Source: Gordius albopunctatus
Taxonomy: Eukaryota
Assembly: GCA_964276515.1 (NCBI GenBank)
Contig: OZ193909.1
Location: 8,122,001 to 8,186,000, forward strand
Direction: 5' to 3'
Length of the DNA: 64,000 bases
Under the pieces are notes generated by a model. It worked only from the letters and a program-made list of their open reading frames with translations, had not been told where the DNA came from and did no database searches. Of the stretch, positions 52,565 through 64,000 are shown in pieces; position 1 is the first letter of the stretch; each line of letters begins with the position of its first letter. The translations under genes and the position numbers were made by a program.

Positions 52565-54342
52565 GTTAGCATTCATTAATATACAGTGTCTATAGCAAAT
52601 TTAAATTTTTAATATTGAAATTGAATATCAATATGAGATTGCAAGTTACGCTTGTGTAATCAACCATTCTTTTCCTTCACTAAATTTGATTTATATGGAG
52701 ATTATAATTTTTTGCAAATCATGTAAGTTATGTTTTTAGACAATGCATAATTTAAAAGTTAAATTTCATGAGAAATATGATAAAGGATTCAACAATTAAA
52801 TCTAAATTATAATAAATATCCATTATATCTAATCTTTTTAATTGTTATTTCATTTTTATAATTTAGGCGTTTAAACATTTATTATTTGTCTATTAATTGA
52901 TGTTGAATTTTTATTTGGGTTGAGGCCAGAGCATTAATCGTGGATAGAGGTATGCATGGGCCAAAATTTTAAGTTGCGGCCTTTTTCGGTCCGCATCCAG
53001 TCCGCAGATTTAACCATGACATTGGGCCGTACCAAGCCCAGACTAATTAATAACATGTTTTTTCGCGATATTCAACCAACCCCACCGCTCTTATACAACG
53101 AATTATATTAAAAAGAATCACAGTAAATAATATCGATAAAAAACGTTATATACAAATATTTGAAATTAATAAATTGCGGGTTCAAGTTATATACAAAGTT
53201 ATTAATCCACAGTATATTCAAAATTATACTTTAATTATTGTTGTTTAAAAATAAAAGACTTTACATTTCCCTAAAGACAACTTGCTACTGAAAGTGCCCT
53301 CACTAGTGGCGCTCAGAGGTGGAATCGACAAAAACTCTAGCTATTAAAATCATCCGTAGAAGCACATCTGACATAAATTCCTCAAATTCAAAATTTATTT
53401 GAAAATAAAAAATGTAAAATCTATTAATCAAAATTATATATGGCATTATAATAATTTGAAATCCTAGACCTACATATTTATAAATAAATTTTATTTCCAT
53501 TAAAATGCTATGGGCATTCCTTCTTTCTTACATTCATAATTTTGAGACAAAAGAAAGTCCGAATTGTTTTACTTATCTAGGTCTAAGCCTGACCAGCTTT
53601 TTGAATTGGCCCTATTCTAAGTTAATGCAGGCCCACATGCTGAGCTAGGGCCTGCATGCTAGTCTGCCCCATGCAGACATCCAATTGGACAGCTAAAATT
53701 ATTATATACTCAAATTTTTTGCCCCCCCCCTCTAGTCAAGATTTAGGTTATGCCCATGGGTACATACATGTTTGGGAGGGGGGGTGGGGGGATAACTTGT
53801 CTGAAATTTTTCTAATATGATTAGTGAATTTGTCAGTAAACATATGTTTCTCTCTGGATACACCCATAATTGCAATTAAAGTTTCTTAATATTAAATTGT
53901 GTATAAATTAGTGATTAATATCAAATTACTTAGGACATTGTATTACAATAATGAATGTAAAGGTAAAAATTACATAAAATAACTATCAAATGTGATTTAG
54001 CAAAAAACAGCTTTAAAAATGTTAACATAAAGAAGTAATAAAAATTTGTGGTAATAAGGTGCTAGTTAATTCAAACTAAAAGAAAAATGTTTTAAAAACT
54101 AAATAAATATAGAATAACTAATCATAAATAATAAATGAACTCTAAGATACTATTTAACAAAACTAATAGTATTTTTGAAAAAATTAATAAAAGCTATAAA
54201 TTTACAAGGTAATAACTTGATTATTTTATGGTCAATTTGGCCTTTTGAAAATTTGAATTTATTGTACGTAAGTAAGTAAGTAAGTTTGCCGCGAAGACGC
54301 CGAATTGAATTCAATCTAACTTTTTTGGTACAAATGCAATAT

Positions 54343-54597
54343 GGGTGCCCTATCAACTCGCCGAAAACAATCTTGCCGAATTCATCCTGGGACATTAACG
54401 ATTATTTTCCCATTATCATAAAGAAGGCCCTAAGTTGAGTACCTTTTATAATAATTATAAATTCTATTATAGTAAATACCTAAATAATAACTTTAATCCG
54501 GAATTGAATTATTAATATGCTTTTTTGTTGGGGGACATTTTTTAACATTGGGACATTCAATTCGGCAAGATGGTTTTCGGCAAGTTGACGGGCCACC
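54343..54597. mobile_element. Mutator-like MITE
   Basis: TIRs of about 40 bp (GGGTGCCCTATCAACTCGCCGAAAACAATCTTGCCGAATT / AATTCGGCAAGATGGTTTTCGGCAAGTTGACGGGCCACC) with a 9-bp flanking duplication ATGCAATAT / ATGCAATCT. Confidence 0.7.
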
Positions 54598-55135
54598 ATG
54601 CAATCTGAATTAATTAAAAATGATTACAAGATTTATAGCTCTATATGTACGTATAAACTAAAAACCTTATACCTACCACATACAGTAATATATTATCATA
54701 TATTTGAAGCTTGCTAAAAAAATATTATCCTTAATTTTAATTATAAAGAGCTATTGTTTCTCCAGACGTCCATGCCATCAAAATCTTTAATTAACTGCTT
54801 TGTCTTAGTAGACATTGTATTTAGGGTCTTTTTATAAGATATAATTTGAATTATAACTGTGGTGTCCTCCACCCCCTTACGTCCGATATTTTATATATTC
54901 GTTCCCCCCCCCCACACATACACTTACTTATACGCCTAAATTTTACTCTTCTCGTGTTTATGATGAGTCATGTTTGTTAATATCAATATGATATAAAAAG
55001 ATCTATTATTGTTACCAATTTTTTTATCGATTATTATTGCATCATTTTCACTTTTCACAGATATTTTTTTTCTTCTTTTTTGAGTGAATATATTTACGAG
55101 AAAAATGTAACCTTCAAACAAGAAGATTCAATTAA

Positions 55136-55965
55136 CTATCGTGCGCGCGGATATTTCGTCGCGGTTAATAAATATAATAGATAAAATTAGTATTATTTGC
55201 AGTTTAAATTTATAATAACAAAATTCCACAGGTCCCTGTTTTCTCCGTTGAAACACCTTCCGTGCCGCGTTTCAAGTGTAGTATCTCGGAACCTCGTGGT
55301 ATATCAGGGCTTGCGCAAAAGTGTCCGTTTGCCACAGCTTGAAAAAGGCTGCCAACGTGGTATTGGGGGGGGGGAGGTGTGTGCCACCTTGTAAACGGCG
55401 GTCACCGGAGTGAAGTAGACGCGCTGGCTATTTTCTAAATAAACCGCGAGATGTACTACGGGCGGGTAACGTTCGTGAATGGGGAACGCGAAGATTCGCC
55501 AAACAGCCTCATTGTTGTTGATATACCGACCCGTTTTAAATTGGGTAATTTCATGAGGGTTAGAACGCGCTAGGCCAAAAACTGCCATATCGCTGCCTTT
55601 GTTGAAATATTTGCAGATGTACTTGATGGACTTTATGTAATTGCAGTACTGTACGTTTATGTGCGCCGTGAACATTTTTGCGAGTAGGGGAAGAGTAAGG
55701 GACTATCCAGCTGTTGTCAATTTTGACTGGGGCATTTTTTACCTGTATTGTGCAGGTGTGACCTCACTTCCAAACCGGGCGTTGCGCTTTTCGCCAGTTT
55801 CAGCTGCTCTCGCCGTGGAGGCTTGATTCCGCTTTTTGGTATCCGGGCGTTGCGTTTTCCGCCAGTTTCAGCTGCTCTGGTCTTCTTTGCAGTTTTTGTA
55901 GTACGTAGAATTTTTGTTGAAGTTTTTTTTCCGCCGGGGCATATGAGGCTGTTGGTTATAATTGT
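55136..55965 (-). mobile_element. Internally deleted Helitron (RepHel fragments plus 3' end)
   Basis: 55304-55675 encodes HINVQYC..IKSIKYICKY.NKGSDMAVF...GRYI..NEAVWRIF.FPIHER.P.VVHLAV.LEN.QRVYF, a conserved Helitron RepHel block. ORF start MPRRKK at 55942 with two RAAETG.KRNAR repeats. 3' hairpin CCGCG..CGCG followed by GATAG at 55136. Confidence 0.85.
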
Positions 55966-55974
55966 TGGTTATAA

Positions 55975-58100
55975 TAGGGAACAGCAAAATGCATTAATGG
56001 CTTTTAAGATACGATATTTCTCTTCCCGATTTTTGGGTAATCTTATCCAAGCCCAATATGTTTTGAACATTGGAAGCAGGACAGCTTCAATAATATTGTC
56101 ATCATAATAGAGATCTGGAAATCTTGAACCCATAAGATTTATAAAATTAGAATCAATTGATATTAAATACCTGATGTTTATGCTTTTAAAATAACCTCTT
56201 TTAGGGGTTTGCCCCACTTTAAACTAACCATGTTCTGTAAACATATCTGAATTTGCCTTATTGTAGGTGTATAATATGCCATATACATATATGATTGCCA
56301 CTATAAAATTTCAAGAGCTTTTGCTAGTGGCTGCATAACCTTAAAAATTAAATACAACCAAATCAGTAAATCACCATGTGGTATTCCTGTAAAAAATCAC
56401 ATTCTTGTAAAGACAACCTGTCAAGCCTCAATTCATCACAAAGCATATGAAATTCATTGGCTTTTTCTTCAATCATTTTGTTTATAACAGAGATGGAATT
56501 GAAAGTTGAATTCCATCTAGTTATTACAGGGTATGGTATTTGGTAGCCCAAACGTTTTTGTATTAGTTGAGCTGATACCGTACTCCTACTGTGTAAATTC
56601 CAAATAGCTTGGGATTTGGCAAAGGTGGAAGAGTATATTTTTGTAAGTAAGTTGTTATCCTTTAAAATTTTATCAACATCAGTAGTGACAATCAGGTGTA
56701 ATGTGTGACAGGCACACCTCCTATGTCTGGGGAGATAATCATAATCTTTTTTATCGTGGCCCTCTAAACCAACACGAGCCAGTATATGCTCAAGAGATAC
56801 TAATTCTTTCTGATTGTCATCTTTTCCATTAAAAATCTTATAAAAAAGTTAATAATGTATATTTATATAAATATTACCTAAATGCTTTTACAAAATTTGA
56901 CCCATTATCTGAAATTGTACATATGTTTTTATTCTGGATATGATATTCTTTATAAATTTGTGTGAGGGCTTTGCATAAGACATCATAAGTGTGTGTTCCT
57001 TCTAAAATATTTTAGGCTAAAATTGCATCAACTCTTTCTGGACTTTCATTGTCTATCCAATGAGCTGTGACACCAATAAATGACCTTGCAAAAAATAAAT
57101 ACATGTTTTCTACAGATAAATATTACTTATTAAATGCAGTCCAACAGTCTGCAGTTGTACTGACATATTTGGGGGCCAACAACTTTGTTCTAAGAATGTC
57201 TTTCATCTTTCCAGCTAATTTAATTACCCTTCCTGTAAAGGTTTTCCTACATATGGTTTTGATATTAGTATTGAATGTCCTTAATAATTCATTGAAATGT
57301 TGATCATCGCATAATGAAAATGGCTGATTAGCATTTATAATATATTTAATAATTGCGATTTGGGTGGACTGTTTATCCATATGTTGGTCTATAACCATCT
57401 GTTTAAATTTTTGCTTTTTAAGGTCAGAACTCCCAGGTTTATTTTTAATGTCTCTCTTTATCTCATCAACCTTATGAGAATGAGAAAACCTAATTTTAGA
57501 ATAATATTTATACAAATACTCATTTATTAATTATTAACTTAATATGTCTCCATTGATTGGCTGTTTATGTTCTTGATGCAGCAATAATCTTCTTACCTAG
57601 ACACAATTTACACCTGGCCTTGATAGAATTTTTATTAGACGATACGAATTTAAAATAATCTTCCATCGAAGGCCAAGGTAAAGAGTTGGTTAGATCAGAA
57701 CATGCTACATCTTCCTTCGGAGGATATATTAGAAGTAGAACCACTATCAATATCCATCTTTAAAAATTAAAAGGCACATATAAATCACAAAAATTAAAAA
57801 AATAATTCTTACTGACAATAATACAGGTTCGATTGTAGTTTTCTATAAATATTTAAAGGCGCGTTAAATAAATCGTCTTGTTTATAAAAACAATCAAACT
57901 CGGCTTATAAATTCAATTTAAATAATAATTTTTGTGATGAACTAGTTCATTTATATTGTAAAGTTCAAGTTCAGAATAGTAAAAAAGTAACTAGTTCCAG
58001 TTCAACTTTGAACAAAAGGAATTAGTTCAAGTTCATAGTTCAATTTTTGGAAAGGTAACAAGTTCAGTTCGAAGTTCAGAAAAAAGTTAACACAGCTCTA
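55975..58100 (-). mobile_element. Second, 3'-truncated intron-containing hAT transposon (pseudogenised)
   Basis: Terminus TAGAGCTGT at 58100 with GAAC/GTTC subterminal repeats. BED finger (PWP...CKLC...WRHIK.SH), TTADCWT, SFIGVTAHWID, ISDN, CACH, PVITRWNS. In-frame stops; the dimerisation domain and second TIR are missing. Confidence 0.88.
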
Positions 58101-58469
58101 TATTTTATACATAATTCTGATTAGTTACCCGTGTGTGATATAGATGAATGCTTACGGGGTGCCAAATGTTTTAAATTATGATCTTATATATAATGTCTAA
58201 TATCGAAATGTATGCTTAGTTTGAATTTTTCATTTAATTAATTTCTTTTTTTAGGAATTTTTAACGAAATTTTCGAATTAAAATTTGATTTAAGTGACTC
58301 AAGAAAAGTGAAATACATCAACACGATAATTTTTTGATGTTTGATATTAAACAAGACACATATAAACTTTTATTTATTTTTAATAGTGAGTATTCAAGTT
58401 CTATACGCATTATATTTATAATTGTATGTGAAGAATGAGGTTTAGAGCTTTTTTATTAATTCAAAGTTT

Positions 58470-58660
58470 TAGATATGACATTTTAGAAAGATGGAGGGCC
58501 TATCCTTGTAAATATCCTATTTTAGCGCCGAAAGCTGGTAAATTCTGGCAAATTCTGCTCTTCGAGTAGCAAGAGGTCGTTTTTCACTGCTGGGCCAATT
58601 TCTGAATAGAGAAGGGCGAATTTTCGAACTGAAATTATGGGTGCAACAAAATCTAAACAT
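58470..58660 (+). mobile_element. Decayed hAT C-terminal dimerisation-domain fragment
   Basis: DILERWRAYPCKYPILA, then in another frame SASSSSKRSFFTAG...RRAN, resembling L.WW...YP.LA / SS..SER.FS.AG....R. Confidence 0.5.
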
Positions 58661-60759
58661 AAATATTCATTCAAATATATTTAGCACTCAGAATCTGTAA
58701 TATCCATAAGTTTTTAAAACTAAAAACCTGGCAAATTATTTTTACACAGCGCCGTTTTTTGACTTTCGGGTCGGCTCGGGTTAAAAATTTTAAAATGCTT
58801 CCGTGTCGGTTTCGAGTTCAGAAATTTGAAACGCTTAAGAAACGGGTCGGGTTCGAGTTGAAAAATGGCAATTAATCTGATTTTTAAACTATTATCTGAA
58901 TTTATAGTTCAGAATTTTCTATTTGAGTAAAATATTTTAAAAACACTTGTGGTATGAAAAAATAATCACAATGGGCATAAACCAGTCGCTAATAATGTAA
59001 GGGTCTACCAGCACAGTGATGTTATTAATGTCGATCAATTTTGTTTCAGTTATATGGCCGAAATGATAAATATCTAAATAGGCTTAGTTTTGTCAGATGC
59101 CTATGTGGCAGTAATGTTAGATTTATAACACTGACCCTAACTAACTTTAATTGAAATTTATACCGAATAGGGGGTAAAAAGGGACCTTACACAAGTAAAC
59201 TTTTCACAATTTCACTCTACTGAGGGTATAACTTGTGTTTCCTACTTTTGCCAGCATGGATTAGGTTGCATGTTCACTCGAGGAATGAATAAACGCCCGG
59301 AATATCATTAGATATTTTTTTAGCACATTTATATGTATAACCCATACCGGAATATTTTAAGCTGAATCATTGCACAAAATATATCGATAAATCATCTGTA
59401 TAAGGTATAACGTAATAAAAACTTTTTTGTTTTCTAATAACTCTTATGCTATGCAATCCTTCAATCAACCATTGAATACCCTTCTTAATGAATAGATTTC
59501 TTTTTCCCAAAATAATTATCCACTTACTCTCATGTTGATTTTTTCCATTGGTCAGTAGCAGCGGCCGGCCAAAAAGCCTTGATTTTATTAATGTTATTAG
59601 CAAGAAAAATATATTATAAATGCAAAATTTACAATTATAACAAAAAGCGAAAAAATTTGTCCTCACGGAGGTACGAACTCATATAAGTAAAGGCAAAAGC
59701 CCCGGAAGGGGGAGGGATAAGGCGCAAAAATTTTAAAATGTACGTCTAAATGAGGCAAATGCAACAGGTGTCAAAATAGGGTTGGAAAAATAATTTCCCT
59801 CACTGAGATTCGAATTCTTATCAGTAGATGCATAGGCCCTTGAAAAAAGGGGGGTTGGTGTGGTGAGATGTGGAAAAGATGTGTTGCCACCGGCTATCAA
59901 ACTCAGGATGGATTAATCGAAATCCCCAGTGGTCGCAGTGGTAAACACGACAGAATATGGCGTCAATTGGAGGTAGTCATATCGGGCAAAAAAACTAAAG
60001 CTCTTTTTTTGCGAGAGGGTAAAAAGTGGGGGGGGGGCAAATCTAGAGCATCGGTCATTATTATTTATTTTTAGCTTAACAAATTTATTTTTTATTTATT
60101 AGAAGATAAGATACCATAAAAGCCAAAAGTGCAGGCACAAATATTAAAATATATTTTGGCCTTTGGCCCGGGGTCAGATAAAGTGGAGGTCAGCTACAGG
60201 CATCATTTATTTGCGGGGAATTATGTTTTGCAATCATCCGTTATAAAGCAACAAACTGGACAAATTGGCTAAAGAGTTTCATATAGCAAAAATTTAAATA
60301 GCAATCAACCAAAATTTTTGTCTTTGGCCAAATAAATAGTAGTAAGCAACGGTCATCATTAATTAGCAGTTAATTATTTAGTTTGTTTCGCAAATATTCG
60401 ATTTATAGCAACAACCTAGACAAGTTGCCTAAAATTCATAAATAATAAAGGTAATTAGTCGGGAACAAAACCAATAATGGAATTTGACAGAAGCATAAGT
60501 CCACAATCATTAAAAACCTGTATAAGTTTCTATGGCAATTATTCAAAAATTAAAAGTTGGACAAGACAGAAAACTGACGGTTAGACGGACAACTAAAAGC
60601 GAGTCGTTAATTTTTTTTGTTTTTTTTCCATAAAAAGTTTATTATTATATTGCTAATTGTAATACTGTAAAATTTAATACAAATATAGGACATTGAAAAA
60701 ATATAAATAAGAGCGTTAAGGAGCTAATATATCTTCATCTTTCTCTTTTGAGGAAAAAC

Positions 60760-60940
60760 AAGAATCCAAAAAGGATTTAAAATTTAATTTTGCGATTAAA
60801 ATCGCAATTCATTGTTTTAGTAGAAATGAGTGAGAATATTTAGAAGGAGGAGGTCGTCTGCCTATTTCTTTAGAAAAGGCCAATGCCATTTTTCCATAAA
60901 AGCCGGAACAGGATAAAACTATGGGGATGAAAATACTTTA
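60760..60940 (-). mobile_element. Possible restriction-like endonuclease C-terminal fragment of a non-LTR retrotransposon
   Basis: IFIPIVLSCSGFYGKMALAFSKEIGRR...FLLKQ*IAILI..LN parallels the IFIPVV..G..AL segment at 18370-18460. Confidence 0.4.
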
Positions 60941-61786
60941 GTTTAAAAGGGCTTTGTTGCATAGCAATTAAAAGAGAAAAGCTTGTCCGTAAAAGAATGG
61001 TACGGATATGTAGGGAGACGGCTAAAGTAAGAAATAATAAGGTTCGTCCTAAGGGAAAGAAGAAAAAATAGATTTAAATTTACCCATAAATACTAAATAC
61101 CACAGACATTTTAACGTAAGTTATTTACTTTATTTCATAATAACAAAAAAGGGAAACGAAAAGAGTTCGTAAGTTTTTAAGAAGTGTTTAAACTCCTTTA
61201 TATAATCGCGGATTAATTGAATAAATCAATTAAATTTATTGCTGAATCTGCGAGGTATATTTGATTAATCAATTAGCGTCGCGAAGCTAAGGTCATGTAA
61301 ATGATTCAATTAACGTCGCGAAGTAGTAAGGTAATGGATGCAACACTACAGACACATATAGTTAATGACACATATGCTTTAGCACCTTTTTCCTCATGTT
61401 ATTTAAAATCCATTATTACAATATAATATTGTACCTTATTTTAATAATTTTACCTACTGTTTGTATCAATTTAATTCAGTTTGTATGTCATATGTCTTTA
61501 AAGATCACGCCTAACTTTTAAGGCCAATTTCTGGATTCAACTATACACGCCTGTGGAAATAGAATGGCCTATTTCGCATCTTTTAATAAGAGCTTTATAT
61601 AACTTATCATATTTATTATAGAATAGCCTCCCCTTTTATTATTATTAGTAAAACAAATAAAAAGCATTCAAATTTTTCGACAATAAAAACATATGTTTTC
61701 AATAACACTCAGGCAGGTAAAACAAAAAATAAAAATATATATAGACGTATGCACAATTGAATTTCATTTATCTTTTTTATTATTAA

Positions 61787-61937
61787 ATGGATTATGCTCA
61801 GGATGGCGATAGAATGAGTTTTGATGATAGTTGCAACTTTGATGTAGATTCCTGGTCTCAATATACAAGTGAACAGGAGCCATGTAATACATGGAGGGGA
61901 TGGAAAAACGCATCAGATATTCAAAATAATAATAGAG
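61787..61937 (+). CDS. ZSWIM8: First coding exon of ZSWIM8 (dora/ebax-1 family Cullin-RING adaptor); the gene continues beyond the window
   Basis: MDYAQDGDRMSFDDSCNFDVDSWSQYTSEQEPCNTWRGWKN matches the ZSWIM8 N-terminal pattern as I recall it (DGERFSFEDSDRFEEDS...SE.E..CQNWRGWRK). The exon ends at a strong G|GTAAGG donor. Confidence 0.8.
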
Positions 61938-63288
61938 GTAAGGTAAAATGATAAATTATGTAAGTTACATAGTATTTTAACATTAACTTAAATTTAAGTG
62001 CATATCTATGTACTGCACAAACATTTAAGCATTAAATTATGGTATTTTATAAGTTTTAGCTCATAATTTATCAGTTATATTTTTATCTGATGAATTATTA
62101 CTCAGACTCTTATTTTGGACCTTGTATCAAGCCACTGTGATTTTAACAGGGCTTTAATTAGTTTAAATTTAGATAATATTGTCAAATATAAAATTATGTA
62201 TGGAAGTCTTTATTATTTTAATTTTTTTCATATTAAAAGATTTGAAATAAAGGATTTTAAAATATTGAGATATAAATTTTATGAATTTAATGTTAATAAT
62301 TTTTTTAAAGATATACTAAACTCCTTATTTTTAGAATAATCAAATATAAAATTATGTTTAGGAGTCTTTGTTAATTGAATTTATTCATATTAAAGAATGT
62401 ACCAAAGTTTTAATTTATATGATAAAAAAAATTACCATTTGTGAATCAAGTTATGCTAAACTAAACTTTAATATACATATATTATTCTATCATTATTATA
62501 AAATCATTTCATAAAACTAAACTCGTGTTGCCAAATTTGAAACTATTTTTAATATGCTAATTGTATAAAGATACACAACATTTTTTTGGTAGTTTATAGA
62601 ATTTTCTATTTTAAGTGTATGACTTAAGGCAAAGAGAGCTATATAATATCCTTACCTCACTCTACCATCCCATTTTCCATTTAATAATTCAGAATTATTG
62701 CCTCACTCTATGTTGTGTTGTGTACGATGAGTTCAACCAAAGTCCATTGTCCTTGAACTCTCCCCCTCTATCTCCCCTTCTTTCCTACATAGTGTTTCCC
62801 ATGCCCCACCCACCCTAGTACTAAAATGGTTTTCCCATCCCTTCCCAAACACAGCAATACACCCATCATTGATACCACTACACATACACTTCGCCTTTTT
62901 GTATGGCAAAAATGGGGTCCACAACCTTTTGCTGTTCCCCATTATATGGGGTTTACCTTAGCTAGCCCGCCCGCCCGCCCATGCCCGTTGTTAAAAACGG
63001 GTTGGTTTGTACTTTATTTTTAAAGGAGATGGGGTGGGGGGGGGTGAAATAATCCCCCCCCCCCCTTCGCTCTCCCGCAAAAATCGATAGAAGCCAGCAA
63101 AAGTAAAAACTAGTACACCCTTTTAACATTTCAAGTCATGCGTTTATGTGTGCCAATAATTTTTGAGAAGGGTCATTTTGGAAAGAATTAAATAAAGTTT
63201 CGGTCGTGGAATCGTATTTAATTAAACGAGACTGTCGTCAACATTAGAGAAATAGAACTTGAGTTTTGAAACGCTTGTTATACATGTG

Positions 63289-63930
63289 TAGAGCCCTGCA
63301 CGGGCCGCCCGAAGCCCGGTCCGAGCCCGAACCGATTGGGATTCGGGCAGGGTCGCGCAGAATTTAATAAAACAATCGGGGCTCGGGTTGGGCCTGATGA
63401 AGCGGCCCCACCCGACGCCCCAGCCCGGCCCGAATTGACATGGCAAACTAATCTTTTATAAAATATGATCTAAACAAACTCAACTCGATATTAAATAATT
63501 ATCTTCGTACACCATACATAATATTTCCAAGTTTCAGCATTTTTCCCTTGTCTATTAATATATTTTGACCTAAATTGCAAATCTTATTTTGGTATTTAAA
63601 TATATTCGTAGCCGTTACATTAGAATTAAAATAAGGAAATATTTTAAAAAGTGTTTTATTTGGAACTGTTAGGTAAAATATATTTTAAATAGTTAGATAT
63701 CCAGTTAGCTGAATAAATTGTAGCGAGTGAAAATGAAAATTTCATTTTAAACTTATCCTAGTTGTAAATTACGAGTAATAACAATATAATGCATTATGTA
63801 TTTATATGGTAAAATAATTTTCAAAAATTTTTAAATAATTTTTTTAAATTTCCTATTTGAAAAATCGGGCTCGGGTCAGGCCCAAAAATAAAGAGTCGTT
63901 CGGGCTCAGACAGAAAAATTTTCATTTTTG
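63289..63930. mobile_element. hAT-type MITE (TAGAGCCCTGCA family), reverse orientation, one end degraded
   Basis: Starts TAGAGCCCTGCACGGGCCGCCCGAAGCCCGG. The interior is the reverse complement of the 49123 copy. Confidence 0.82.
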
Positions 63931-64000
63931 TGCGAACTTATCTTGCTTGTCCCATCGGAATATAATTCAGTTTTTAGGTCCGATATTTAAATGAAAAATG

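Overview
AT-rich eukaryotic (invertebrate-animal-like) genomic DNA, dense in transposons. I reconstructed four complete spliced host genes by hand: a divergent casein kinase I gamma-like kinase (+, 6655-12769, 4 exons), an atypical Gyc88E-type soluble guanylate cyclase whose H-NOX domain carries the distal Tyr of O2-binding haem sensors (-, 17365-31376, 16 exons), an effector caspase (+, 34971-39009, 6 exons) and a SAM-less SAMHD1 dNTPase (-, 42895-50212, 14 exons). The first coding exon of ZSWIM8 (+, 61787-61937) is also present. Introns and intergenic DNA hold two intron-containing hAT transposons (one complete, with TIRs and a perfect 8-bp TSD), several hAT/MULE-type MITE families, a nearly full-length RTE-clade LINE and older RTE relics, Helentron-like non-autonomous elements carrying tRNA-like modules, Helitron pieces, restriction-like-endonuclease retroposon fragments and a foldback element. 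The most unusual general signal is the splicing code: many 36-49 nt introns, frequent AAG acceptors, one GC donor and only 7 of 37 host donors with +5G. No CRISPR array, rRNA or intact tRNA was found. Gene models come from manual translation and remembered family motifs, not from searches or RNA data.
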